Of a stretch of DNA of 64,000 bases, positions 1 through 9,744 are shown in pieces (the stretch's first letter is position 1; every line of letters starts with the position of its first letter). The position numbers were made by a program, and so were the translations under genes. The stretch covers positions 17,824 to 81,823 of the forward strand of contig JADFYJ010000011.1 of NCBI GenBank assembly GCA_015233115.1, read 5' to 3'. The notes under the pieces are model-generated. The model worked only from the letters and a program-made list of their open reading frames with translations, had not been told where the DNA came from and ran no database searches. This DNA is from Candidatus Omnitrophota bacterium. GTDB lineage: Bacteria; Omnitrophota; Gorgyraeia; Zapsychrales; Zapsychraceae.

Positions 1-468
1 AAGGTAATTTTACCGGCGTGGAAGGGATCATTCTCAGAATCATCCTGGTCTCAAGCCCTTTGCCGATTTTGGGACTTTGATTTCTTTCTTGAGAACGTAT
101 GAAAATTCAGGTATTCTTGTTTTGAAAACAAGGAGATTATCTGAGCATGTCCAGAGTAAAAATTAATTCTGAATTAAACCCGCGGGCTAAAAAATTTTCT
201 GCGATAGATTTGCCTAAGAAATTTGGGCATCTTACCTCTCACATTGCGAGCGGTGAACAGATTAATCAAGCTAAGCACGCGGCATATGGGCAAAGAATTC
301 TAAATAATCCGAGTTTTATTGTTTTAAAATAATCTTCAGCGGCCTATAGTCTATCGCCTTTGGCCTGCAAATCCTCGTTTTGCGTAAAAATCACTTGTTT
401 GTTTTTAACTTTGGCGCTAAAATGCCCTATTCTTTTAATTTCACTAATTATATAGAGAGGCGGTTTTT

Positions 469-2577
469 ATGTCTGATAGTTGCTGTGGGTGTTCCGGTGA
501 TTCGAAATCAAATAAAAATTCCAAAAATCTGGAAGGATTTTTTAATCCTAAAAGTGTCGCAGTTATTGGCGCGTCCGCTAATCCGGCCAAGATCGGATTT
601 CAGATTTTAAATAATATTGTCGTTGGAGGATATGCGGGTGAGGTGTATCCGATTAATCCAAATGACGCGGAAATTTTAGGAAAAAAAGCTTATAAAACGG
701 TTGGCGATGTGGCGGGCAAAATTGATCTGGCTATCATCACTATCCCGGCGAAATTTGTTATCGCGTCTTTGGAAGAATGCGCGAAAAAAGGCATTAAAAA
801 TGTGGCGATTATCACGTCTGGTTTTGGAGAGGTTGGCAATCATAAAGATGAAGACCGTTTGAAACAGATCGCGGATGAAAACGGCATAGCGTTTATCGGG
901 CCGAATATTCTTGGCTTATTGTATATGCCTTCAAAATTGAACGCGAGTTTCGGGCCAAGCGATGTGTTACCGGGCAAAATCGCATTTATTTCACAGAGCG
1001 GGGCTTTGGCCATAGCTTTGATGGGTTGGACCGCAAAAGAAAAAATCGGGTTGTCCGCGCTGGTAAGTCTTGGTAACAAAGCGGATATAGGCGAGAAAGA
1101 ATTGATTGAATATTTTAATAATGACAAAAATGTTGATGTGAATTTGATTTACATGGAAGGCTTGACTGATGGCCGAAAATTTTTGCAGACTAAAGTTGAG
1201 AAGCCAGTTATCGTTTTAAAAGTCGGACGTTCCGCGCGTGGAGCTAAGGCCGCAGCATCGCATACCGGTTCATTGGCAGGTTCAGATGGAGTATTTAATG
1301 CGGCATTTAAACAATTAGGCATGTTGCGCGCCAGTTCTTTTACGGAAGCATTTGGCTGGGCCAGGGCATTATCCCTTCCTATGCCTAAAGGTGATGAAAC
1401 GATAGTCATTACGAACGGCGGTGGTATTGGCGTGGCTACAACTGACGCGTGCGAAGATGCAGGTATTAAATTAATGGAAGATACGGCTTGGACAGAAGGT
1501 AAGTTCCGCTGTACTATGCCGGATTTTGGAAGTACCAAAAATCCGATTGATATTACCGGCGGAAGCGGAGTTCAAGGATACCGTGACGCGTCGAGAATCG
1601 CGTTTACAGAAGACAGAGTCAACAATGTGATCGTATTGTATTGCGAAACAGCTGTCACAGATCCGGTGGAAGTGGCTAAAGCGGTTTATGATGAATGGGA
1701 AAAATCCGGCAAGAAAAAACCGGTGACAGTCACGATGGTGGGCGGACAGCGCTCCAGCGACGGGATTGCGTATTTGAATGAACGCCACATTCCAGCTTAT
1801 GATAATGTGGAAGAGGCAGTTTCCGGTTTGAAAGTTTTATACACTTGGAAACGTATTAAAGAGCAGAAAAAAGATAATCCTTCCGTTGAAAAAGCTCCCC
1901 AGCAAGCGATTGATCTAATTAATAAAGTTAAAGCTGAAGGCCGTACAGTTATGTTAGAGCACGAAGCGCGTCAAGTTATGGAATTATGCGGCGTGCCTAC
2001 ACCTCCTTGGGGTTTTGCCGTGAGCGAAGATGACGCGGTCAAACAGGCCAACAGCAAGAATTTGTATCCCATCGCGATGAAGATCGCGTCTGTTGATATT
2101 ATTCATAAAACCGATATGGGTGGTGTGGTTTTAAATATCCGCGACGAACAGGATTTGCGAGCCAAATACCGCGCGATGATGGAACATTTGAAAAAAGTAG
2201 CGCCGACCGCTAAGCTGGACGGTGTCAATTTGATCAAAATGGTCAAAGGTATTGAATGTATTGTGGGCTTAAGCCAGGATCCGCAGTTTGGTCCGATCAT
2301 TATGTTCGGATTGGGCGGGGTTTTTGTGGAAGCGTTAAAAGATGTATCTTTCCGCGTGGTGCCGTTTGGCCCGGTGGAAGCGGAACGGATGATCGGCGAG
2401 ATCAAAGCGAAAAAAATTCTCGACGGTTTCCGCGGGATGAAAGCGCATAAGGAAAGTTTGATCGGCACCATGTGCGCGATTCAGAAATTAGCGCCTTATG
2501 TGAAAGAGATCGATGTTAACCCGATCATGACCAGCGCGGAGGGAAGTTACGCGGTGGATGCTAGAATAATTCTGTAA
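469..2577 (+). CDS. ADP-forming acetate/acyl-CoA synthetase, fused alpha-beta (CoA-binding + ATP-grasp)
   Basis: FFNPKSVAVIGAS CoA-binding start, ISQSGAL, AASHTGSLAG phospho-His motif, NPIDITG, C-terminal MKIASVDIIHKTDMGGV and DPQFGPIIMFGLGG. Confidence 0.92.
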   Translation: MSDSCCGCSGDSKSNKNSKNLEGFFNPKSVAVIGASANPAKIGFQILNNIVVGGYAGEVYPINPNDAEILGKKAYKTVGDVAGKIDLAIITIPAKFVIASLEECAKKGIKNVAIITSGFGEVGNHKDEDRLKQIADENGIAFIGPNILGLLYMPSKLNASFGPSDVLPGKIAFISQSGALAIALMGWTAKEKIGLSALVSLGNKADIGEKELIEYFNNDKNVDVNLIYMEGLTDGRKFLQTKVEKPVIVLKVGRSARGAKAAASHTGSLAGSDGVFNAAFKQLGMLRASSFTEAFGWARALSLPMPKGDETIVITNGGGIGVATTDACEDAGIKLMEDTAWTEGKFRCTMPDFGSTKNPIDITGGSGVQGYRDASRIAFTEDRVNNVIVLYCETAVTDPVEVAKAVYDEWEKSGKKKPVTVTMVGGQRSSDGIAYLNERHIPAYDNVEEAVSGLKVLYTWKRIKEQKKDNPSVEKAPQQAIDLINKVKAEGRTVMLEHEARQVMELCGVPTPPWGFAVSEDDAVKQANSKNLYPIAMKIASVDIIHKTDMGGVVLNIRDEQDLRAKYRAMMEHLKKVAPTAKLDGVNLIKMVKGIECIVGLSQDPQFGPIIMFGLGGVFVEALKDVSFRVVPFGPVEAERMIGEIKAKKILDGFRGMKAHKESLIGTMCAIQKLAPYVKEIDVNPIMTSAEGSYAVDARIIL

Positions 2578-2600
2578 AAGTGGTAAAGGTGATAAAGGTG
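2574..2600 (+). repeat. GTAAAGGTG-like tandem arm overlapping the stop codon
   Basis: gtaaaagtggtaaaggtgataaaggtg; same unit at 60368-60408. Confidence 0.6.
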
Positions 2601-2608
2601 AGGTTGTA

Positions 2609-2709
2609 GTAGGGGCGATCTCCTGATCGCCCGAATCAAAATTGGCGCTTTTGGGGTTGTTAAAATGATTTTAAAGCATTGATGCGGGCGATCAGGAGAT
2701 CGCCCCTAC
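2609..2709. repeat. Inverted pair of GTAG-type REP hairpins (REPIN-like)
   Basis: GTAGGGGCGATCTCCTGATCGCCC at 2609-2632 and its exact reverse complement at 2686-2709. Confidence 0.9.
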
Positions 2710-2755
2710 GAAAAAAACGTTGTTTTTTAAATAACGTATCATAGGAGAAAAAATC

Positions 2756-4372
2756 GTGGCAGAAATGAATAAAGAAAATATAAAACAAACTCAGCCTGTG
2801 CCTGGAACAACTGCGGTTAAAAGAAAGCTTATCAGGATGGTTGTTCCGGCATATGCCGCGTTTAACATTTATTCGGCTGTCGCGAATAAAACAACGGCTT
2901 TAGGTCCGGTGGCTTTGGCGACTGTGATCAACAAGATGGATGAATGGGACGTAGAGATCATTGATGAAAATAATCTGCGTCTTTACGGCCCTAAAGGATT
3001 TCCCCGGGGAGCTGACCACGAGTTTATTCAAAAAATCAGACCAGCGGATATGGTGGGCCTTTATGGCGGCTTAACCAGCACCATTCCTCGTTTATATGAA
3101 ATCGCGAAATTTTATAAAAGTCAGGGCGTATTTGTCATGGCCGGCGGCCAGCATTTTGCGGATGACAATATTGAAGAAGCGTTACGCTCCAATATTGACT
3201 TGGTTTGCACCGGCGAAGGCGAAGATACGGTGAGAGAATTTTTGACCGCGTATGCCCAGAATAAAGATTACAAAAATATTAAAGGTTTGGCTTTTCTTCA
3301 GAATAATAAATTAGTCATTAATCCGGAACGCGAACAGATTCAGGATCTGGACCGCTTACCTCTGCCAGATTTTTCTTTGGTGCGTTATGCCAAGATCACG
3401 CTGTATCCGATCGGACGTATCCGCGGTTGCGGTATGGATTGCGAATTTTGCACAGTTAAAGGAAAGCCGCGCTGCGCTTCACCGGAACATTTCATGGAAA
3501 ACATCCGTCATCTGGTCGAGACCCGTGACGCGAAACATTTCTTTATGGTGGATGACTTATTCGGTCAATACCGTAATGAGACGATCCGTTTTTGCAACAT
3601 GTTAAGGGATTATCAATTATCTATTGGCAAGCGTTTGGATTTTACAGCCCAGATTCGTTTGGATAAGGCGAAGGATACGGAATTATTAACGGCCATGCGT
3701 GAAGCCGCTATTAACGCGGTGGCTATTGGTTTTGAATCGCCGATTGAGGAAGAATTGATCGCGATGAAAAAACAAATCCGTCCGCAGGATATGGTGAATT
3801 TAGCGCGTATCTATCATAAATTCGGTTTTCTCGTCCACGGGATGTTTATTTTCGGTTATCCTCCGAAAGAAGGCGTGGAAAAGACGAATATGTCCATGGA
3901 GGAACGCGTTAAACGGTTTAAGAAATTTTTTAGAGATGCCAAGATCGATACTGTGCAAGTTTTACTGCCAGTGCCTTTACCTGGAACAGAGTTACGAGAC
4001 CGGTTAGTGAAACAGGGCCGGGTTTATCCTTTGGAACAGATTGGCTGGGAATATTATGACGGTAATTTTCCGATTTTTGAACCGGATCCGCCTATTACAG
4101 CAGAAGAATTACATTTGGCTGTGCGTAAAATCATGGGTCATTTTTATCAATATAAGTCAGTGCTCTGGGTGATTCTGCATACTTTCTCACTGCCGCATAT
4201 TGTATTTTTCTTCCACCATTTTAAAAAAGGCTGGGCGAGCTGGAAACGCCGCTGGAAGCATAGTTTATTGCGTATGGGCGGATGGGGTATTTTGTCCAAC
4301 TGGATCGCTGAATTCAACAAAAATCCGTTTTCGGAAAAATTGACTAAAGCCAAACAAGCACTAAAAAAGTAA
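2756..4372 (+). CDS. B12-binding-domain radical SAM protein
   Basis: RGCGMDCEFC CxxxCxxC motif, N-terminal cobalamin-binding-like region (GGQHF, GEGE), GFES, GMFIFG, PLPGT. Confidence 0.85.
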   Translation: MAEMNKENIKQTQPVPGTTAVKRKLIRMVVPAYAAFNIYSAVANKTTALGPVALATVINKMDEWDVEIIDENNLRLYGPKGFPRGADHEFIQKIRPADMVGLYGGLTSTIPRLYEIAKFYKSQGVFVMAGGQHFADDNIEEALRSNIDLVCTGEGEDTVREFLTAYAQNKDYKNIKGLAFLQNNKLVINPEREQIQDLDRLPLPDFSLVRYAKITLYPIGRIRGCGMDCEFCTVKGKPRCASPEHFMENIRHLVETRDAKHFFMVDDLFGQYRNETIRFCNMLRDYQLSIGKRLDFTAQIRLDKAKDTELLTAMREAAINAVAIGFESPIEEELIAMKKQIRPQDMVNLARIYHKFGFLVHGMFIFGYPPKEGVEKTNMSMEERVKRFKKFFRDAKIDTVQVLLPVPLPGTELRDRLVKQGRVYPLEQIGWEYYDGNFPIFEPDPPITAEELHLAVRKIMGHFYQYKSVLWVILHTFSLPHIVFFFHHFKKGWASWKRRWKHSLLRMGGWGILSNWIAEFNKNPFSEKLTKAKQALKK

Positions 4373-4612
4373 CAGAGTAACCGAGTAACACAGAAAAAGC
4401 GATTGATGCGGGCGATCGGGAGATCGCCCCTACAAAAGCGATAAAATATATTTGTTTTTTTCACCGCTTGCGGGTGTTCCTGGTGTTATGTTGGACATTG
4501 GTTTTTGTTTTTTTGTAGGGGCGATCTCCTGATCGCCCGTAAACAAAATTATCGGTTTTTGTTTTATAAATTTTAAATTTTTTTTATCGGGAGGGTTTGT
4601 GCCCTCTCCAAC
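4369..4612. repeat. Repeat cluster: GTAACAGA arm, REP copies (4410-4433 minus, 4515-4538 plus), GGGAGGG-type hairpin (4589-4612)
   Basis: Direct match to the REP consensus; the tandem 8-mer overlaps the upstream stop codon. Confidence 0.8.
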
Positions 4613-4627
4613 AAGAAGGGATTTTGT

Positions 4628-7600
4628 ATGAGTGAGAATGTCAAAAAGATGGTAACTTTGGATGGGAACGAAGCGGTCGCAATGATCGCGCACAAATTGA
4701 GCGAAGTCATCGCGATTTATCCGATTACTCCGTCTTCCTCGATGGGGGAATGGGCGGACCAATGGACAGCGCAGAATCGCGTTAATCTTTGGGGGACTAT
4801 ACCTTTAGTGCAGGAAATGCAAAGCGAAGCTGGCGCTGCCGGGGCTGTTCACGGCGCGTTACAAACTGGTTCTTTGACGACCACGTTTACGGCTTCACAA
4901 GGTTTATTGCTCATGATTCCTAACATGTTTAAAATTGCCGGCGAGTTGACTCCGACGGTATTTCATGTTACTGCTCGTTCTTTAGCTACACAGGCTCTTT
5001 CGATTTTTGGCGACCATTCTGACGTTATGGCAACCCGTTCAACCGGTTTCGCGTTTTTAGTTTCTAATTCTGTTCAAGAAGCAATGGACATGGCTTTGAT
5101 CGCGCATGCCGCGACCTTAGAAGCCCGCGTTCCGATTATGCATTTTTTTGATGGTTTCCGTACTTCTCATGAAGTAGCTAAGATTGAGATTATTTCCGAC
5201 GATGTGATCCGTCAAATGATCAATGATGATTTTGTGACCCAACATCGTCAACGCGCTTTATCTCCGGATCATCCAGTATTACGTGGAACCGCGCAAAATC
5301 CTGACGTATATTTCCAGGGCCGCGAAACAGTAAATAAATATTACGACGCGTGCCCGGCGATTGTTCAGAAATACATGGATAAATTCGCGAAATTAACCGG
5401 ACGTCAATATTCCTTATATGAATATTACGGCGATCAAAACGCGGAAAATGTAGCTGTCATTATGGCTTCCGGCGCAGAAGCTTGCCAGGAAGCAATTGAT
5501 GTTTTGCGTCAAAAGGGTGAAAAGATTGGTGTGTTAAAAGTCAGATTATATCGTCCTTTCGCGATTGAGTCTTTCGTTAATGCGTTACCGAAAACGGTTA
5601 AGAAAATAGCGGTCATGGATCGCACGAAAGAACCGGGCGCTAATGGCGATCCGCTTTATTTAGATGTGATCAATGCTCTATATGAATTACGTAAAACCGG
5701 TAAAACCGCACTGGATCCTTTGGTTATTGGCGGTCGTTATGGTCTTTCGTCTAAAGAATTCACACCAGCTATGGTTAAGGCTATTTTTGATGAATTAAAG
5801 AAGGCTCAGCCGAAACATCATTTTACCGTCGGCATCAATGATGATGTCACGCATACCAGTTTAACGGTGGACGCTTCTTTTATTACTGAAGATCCTAAAG
5901 GTGTGCAGGCGATATTCTATGGTTTAGGTTCTGATGGTACTGTCGGAGCGAACAAGAATTCCATCAAAATTATCGGTGAAGAAACTCCGAATTTCGCGCA
6001 AGGTTATTTCGTGTATGATTCGAAAAAAGCCGGATCTGTCACAGTATCTCACTTGCGTTTCGGGCCGAATCCGATTCATTCCACTTATTTAGTATCAGCG
6101 GCGAATTTTGTGGCTTGCCATCAATTTTCGTTCCTGGAAAAATATGATTTGTTAAGTAAGACCAAAGAAGGCGGCGTGTTCCTTTTGAACAGCCCGTATC
6201 CAGCTGATAAGGTCTGGGATAAATTGCCGCTCGAAGTTCAACAACAAATCATCACCAAAAAATTGAAATTTTATGTCATTGATGGTTATGACGTCGCAGG
6301 CAAAACCGGCATGGGCGTGCGTATCAACACGATTATGCAAACCTGCTTCTTCGCGATTTCCGGCGTGCTTCCCAAAGATGAAGCGATTGCCGCCATTAAA
6401 TACGCGATCAAAAAAGAATATAGTAAAAAAGGGGAAGAGGTTGTTCAGAAGAATTATAACGCTGTTGATCAAACTCTTGAGAATTTACATGAAGTGAAAG
6501 TCCCGGCTACAGCGACCAGCACGATTGTGAAACCTCCGATCGTATCAGACAAAGCTCCGGCTTTTGTCAAAGATGTCTTGGCCGAAATTTTGCTTGGCCG
6601 CGGTGATGATATTCCAGTCAGTAAAATGCCGATTGACGGCACATTCCCTACGGGAACTGCGCAGTGGGAAAAACGTAATATCGCGCTGGAAATTCCGGTA
6701 TGGGATCCGCAAGTGTGTATTCAGTGCGGTAAATGTTCAGCCGTCTGTCCTCACGCGGTTATCCGTATGAAGGTGTATGATCCGAAATGTTTACAAGGCG
6801 CGCCTGTGACCTTCAAATCCATAGATTCCAAAGTGAAAGAATGGGAAGGCAAAAAATGCACGATCCAAGTTGCTGTCGAAGATTGTACCGGATGCGGGGC
6901 ATGCGTGTTTACTTGTCCGGCGAAAAACAAAGCGGATGAAACTAAAAAAGCGATTAACATGTCTCCCCAGATTCCGTTGCGCGAAACTGGAAAAGCGGAT
7001 TGGGAATTTTTCTTAGGGTTACCGGAATTAGATCGTAATTTAGTCAATAAATCTATGATCCGCACGATGGAAGTATTACAACCGTTATTCGAGTTCTCCG
7101 GCGCTTGCGCGGGTTGCGGGGAAACTCCGTATATCAAAATGGTTACCCAGTTATTCGGCGACCGTATGATTATCGGTAACGCAACCGGTTGTTCTTCCAT
7201 TTATGGCGGAAATTTACCGACGACACCATATACAAAAAATAACGAAGGCCGTGGTCCGGCATGGTCAAACTCCTTGTTCGAAGATTGCGCCGAATTTTCA
7301 CTCGGTTTCCGTTTATCCGTTGATAAACAATCGCAATATGCCGCGGAATTATTGAAAAAATTATCCGCCAAACTGGGCGATACTTTAACCACCGCGATTT
7401 TAACCGCGACTCAAAAAGATGAAGCGCAGATTTTTGAACAGCGTAAACGCGTGGCAGAAATGAAGCAAAAATTGCAGGGCGATTCTTCTGCGGAAGCCAA
7501 GCAGTTAATGGGTGTCGCGGATATGTTAGTCAAAAAGAGCGTATGGGCGTTCGGCGGCGACGGTTGGGCGTATGACATTGGTTACGGCGGTTTGGACCAT

Positions 7601-8179
7601 GTTATCGCTTCAGGTAAGAACGTCAACATTTTGGTTATGGATACTGAAGTCTATTCCAATACCGGCGGACAAGCTTCGAAATCAACTCCTCGCGGTGCTG
7701 TGGCAAAATTTGCTGCAGACGGAAAATGGACCGGGAAAAAAGATCTGGGCTTAATGGCGATTGCTTATGGCAACGTATATGTGGCGCAAGTTGCTATGGG
7801 AGCTAATGACGCGCAGACTGTTAAGGCGTTTACAGAGGCGGAAGCTTATGACGGTCCGTCCTTGATTTTAGCGTATTCTCATTGTATCGCGCATGGTATT
7901 AACATGACGACTGCCATGCAAGAACAAAAAAACGCGGTTTTATCCGGCCACTGGTTATTATACCGTTATAATCCTGAATTGGCAGCGCAAGGCAAGAATC
8001 CGTTAACAATTGATTCTCAAGCGCCGAAAATGTCATTCGCGGATTACGCCTACGGCGAAACCCGTTATAAGATGTTAATCAAACAGAATCCCGAACGCGC
8101 GAAACAATTAATCGAGTTAGCGCAAAAAGATACTGACCGTCAAATCAAGTTCTATCAGGGTTTGGCAGGGCAACAATAA
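4628..8179 (+). CDS. nifJ: Pyruvate:ferredoxin (flavodoxin) oxidoreductase, homodimeric
   Basis: AIYPITPSS, EMQSEAGAAG, two 4Fe-4S motifs (CIQCGKCSAVCP, CTGCGACVFTCP), GACAGCGE, GGDGWAYDIG TPP motif. Confidence 0.97.
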   Translation: MSENVKKMVTLDGNEAVAMIAHKLSEVIAIYPITPSSSMGEWADQWTAQNRVNLWGTIPLVQEMQSEAGAAGAVHGALQTGSLTTTFTASQGLLLMIPNMFKIAGELTPTVFHVTARSLATQALSIFGDHSDVMATRSTGFAFLVSNSVQEAMDMALIAHAATLEARVPIMHFFDGFRTSHEVAKIEIISDDVIRQMINDDFVTQHRQRALSPDHPVLRGTAQNPDVYFQGRETVNKYYDACPAIVQKYMDKFAKLTGRQYSLYEYYGDQNAENVAVIMASGAEACQEAIDVLRQKGEKIGVLKVRLYRPFAIESFVNALPKTVKKIAVMDRTKEPGANGDPLYLDVINALYELRKTGKTALDPLVIGGRYGLSSKEFTPAMVKAIFDELKKAQPKHHFTVGINDDVTHTSLTVDASFITEDPKGVQAIFYGLGSDGTVGANKNSIKIIGEETPNFAQGYFVYDSKKAGSVTVSHLRFGPNPIHSTYLVSAANFVACHQFSFLEKYDLLSKTKEGGVFLLNSPYPADKVWDKLPLEVQQQIITKKLKFYVIDGYDVAGKTGMGVRINTIMQTCFFAISGVLPKDEAIAAIKYAIKKEYSKKGEEVVQKNYNAVDQTLENLHEVKVPATATSTIVKPPIVSDKAPAFVKDVLAEILLGRGDDIPVSKMPIDGTFPTGTAQWEKRNIALEIPVWDPQVCIQCGKCSAVCPHAVIRMKVYDPKCLQGAPVTFKSIDSKVKEWEGKKCTIQVAVEDCTGCGACVFTCPAKNKADETKKAINMSPQIPLRETGKADWEFFLGLPELDRNLVNKSMIRTMEVLQPLFEFSGACAGCGETPYIKMVTQLFGDRMIIGNATGCSSIYGGNLPTTPYTKNNEGRGPAWSNSLFEDCAEFSLGFRLSVDKQSQYAAELLKKLSAKLGDTLTTAILTATQKDEAQIFEQRKRVAEMKQKLQGDSSAEAKQLMGVADMLVKKSVWAFGGDGWAYDIGYGGLDHVIASGKNVNILVMDTEVYSNTGGQASKSTPRGAVAKFAADGKWTGKKDLGLMAIAYGNVYVAQVAMGANDAQTVKAFTEAEAYDGPSLILAYSHCIAHGINMTTAMQEQKNAVLSGHWLLYRYNPELAAQGKNPLTIDSQAPKMSFADYAYGETRYKMLIKQNPERAKQLIELAQKDTDRQIKFYQGLAGQQ

Positions 8180-8196
8180 TAAGGTCAAAAGCATTC

Positions 8197-8220
8197 GTAG
8201 GGGCGATCTCCTGATCGCCC
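8197..8220 (+). repeat. GTAG-type REP hairpin
   Basis: Exact GTAGGGGCGATCTCCTGATCGCCC followed by aacaaaattatcgctttt. Confidence 0.9.
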
Positions 8221-8246
8221 GCAACAAAATTATCGCTTTTAAATAT

Positions 8247-8289
8247 AACGGCAGGTGTTGGATGAAAATTCAACATCTGCCGTTTTTTT
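8247..8289 (+). terminator. Rho-independent terminator after nifJ
   Basis: aacggcaggtgttg...caacatctgccgtt stem followed by a T run. Confidence 0.7.
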
Positions 8290-8374
8290 GTGCATTTATA
8301 TGTTTCAATTTGTGCATAATTATTTGTTGTTTTGTGCATAATAATGTGCTATGCTTGTGTTCAAGGAGAAGGTC

Positions 8375-9595
8375 ATGAAATATATTACACGCTGGATGGA
8401 AGAAAAGATTGCCCGGACTCTGGAGGTGAATCCCGTTGTTGTTTTGACAGGTCCGAGACAAGTGGGTAAAAGTACCTTATTAGAGCATGCTGATTTTCTA
8501 AAAAGTTGGCGGTATTTGACCTTAGATGATTCGGACGTCTTAGAACAAGCCCAAGAGGATCCTAAAAGTTTACTTTGGGAAAATAGGCCCACTATTATTG
8601 ATGAGGTTCAAAGATGTCCGGAGCTTTTGTTAACGGTTAAGTATTTGGTAGACAAAACCAACAGAAAAAGAAACTTCATTTTATCCGGGTCAGGCAACAT
8701 TTCTTTACGCAAATCTCCCCGAGAAACTTTGGCGGGAAGAGTTAATTATCTGCATTTATCCGGTTTTGGTGCGAGAGAATTATGGGGGTTAGCCCCGCAT
8801 GGAATCTTAAGCCAAGTCTGGGAGGGCAAAGAAATTAAATTTGTGGAAATCCCTTTCCAGCCAGACATGACCCAAGTTGTTTGGCGGGGTAGTTTGCCTG
8901 GAGTCGTTTTGGCTTCTAGTGATAAAATAGCTTTGGAACGGGGAAAAAGTTATATTGATACGTATATTAGCCGGGATATTCAAGATCTGGTGAAGATACG
9001 GCATCCGCAAAATTTTCGTCGGTTAATGGAAGTTTTGGCACAAGCTACTGGATGGGAAAGTGTGCAGGAAGAATTATCTAAAGCCTGTGGAGAGACCAGA
9101 ACTAATGTCAGCCGGTATATAAGTCTTCTGCAAAATACGAATCTTTTATATGAATTAAGGGGGTACACATCTAAAGGGGAGAGAGCGTATAAACAGTCTA
9201 AATATTATTGGTTTGATTCCGGCGCGGCATGTTTATTAGCCGGCATTAATTCGCATGCAGAGTTTAACAAATTAAATATAAAGGGGCGTTATTTTGAAAA
9301 TTTTATTTTTCAACAAATTTATACCTGGGCGTCTTTAGAAACGGTTAGGCCTGAGATTTATTATTGGAAACCAAAGTCGGGAAGTGCGGAGGTTGATTTT
9401 GTAGTGCGCTCGACTGGTCAAGCAATAGGGGTGGAGGTAAAGTCATCGGATAAAATAGACTTTGGAAACACAAAATCAATGAGGGAGTTTCTGAAGACCC
9501 ATCCAGAAGTGAGTAAGGGTATTATCGTATATACAGGACGAAAAATTTTTCCTGTGGCCACAAATATATATGCAGTTCCTTGGGCCATGCTTTAG
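8375..9595 (+). CDS. AAA+ ATPase with C-terminal DUF4143-type (PD-(D/E)xK-like) domain
   Basis: GPRQVGKST Walker A, IIDEVQR, LAGR, YWFDSG, EVDFV...VEVK; start placed after the aaggag RBS. Confidence 0.85.
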   Translation: MKYITRWMEEKIARTLEVNPVVVLTGPRQVGKSTLLEHADFLKSWRYLTLDDSDVLEQAQEDPKSLLWENRPTIIDEVQRCPELLLTVKYLVDKTNRKRNFILSGSGNISLRKSPRETLAGRVNYLHLSGFGARELWGLAPHGILSQVWEGKEIKFVEIPFQPDMTQVVWRGSLPGVVLASSDKIALERGKSYIDTYISRDIQDLVKIRHPQNFRRLMEVLAQATGWESVQEELSKACGETRTNVSRYISLLQNTNLLYELRGYTSKGERAYKQSKYYWFDSGAACLLAGINSHAEFNKLNIKGRYFENFIFQQIYTWASLETVRPEIYYWKPKSGSAEVDFVVRSTGQAIGVEVKSSDKIDFGNTKSMREFLKTHPEVSKGIIVYTGRKIFPVATNIYAVPWAML

Positions 9596-9744
9596 TCATC
9601 TTGAGGCCATTCCTCTCGCCCTTGGCCTGCCTCTTTTCAATCGGTGCCTATTTCTTAAAGTAACCGCTTTCTCAAAATCACCCTTCATATATTGCTTTCC
9701 TTTAATATATACCTAATACTTTATATAGGTGAGAAGGGGGCAAT

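Noticed and set aside
1-460. Short ORFs 147-332 and 380-610, and a possible partial minus-strand gene at the window start
   Set aside because: No recognisable motifs; 380-610 overlaps the synthetase in another frame; the minus-strand frame cannot be assigned.
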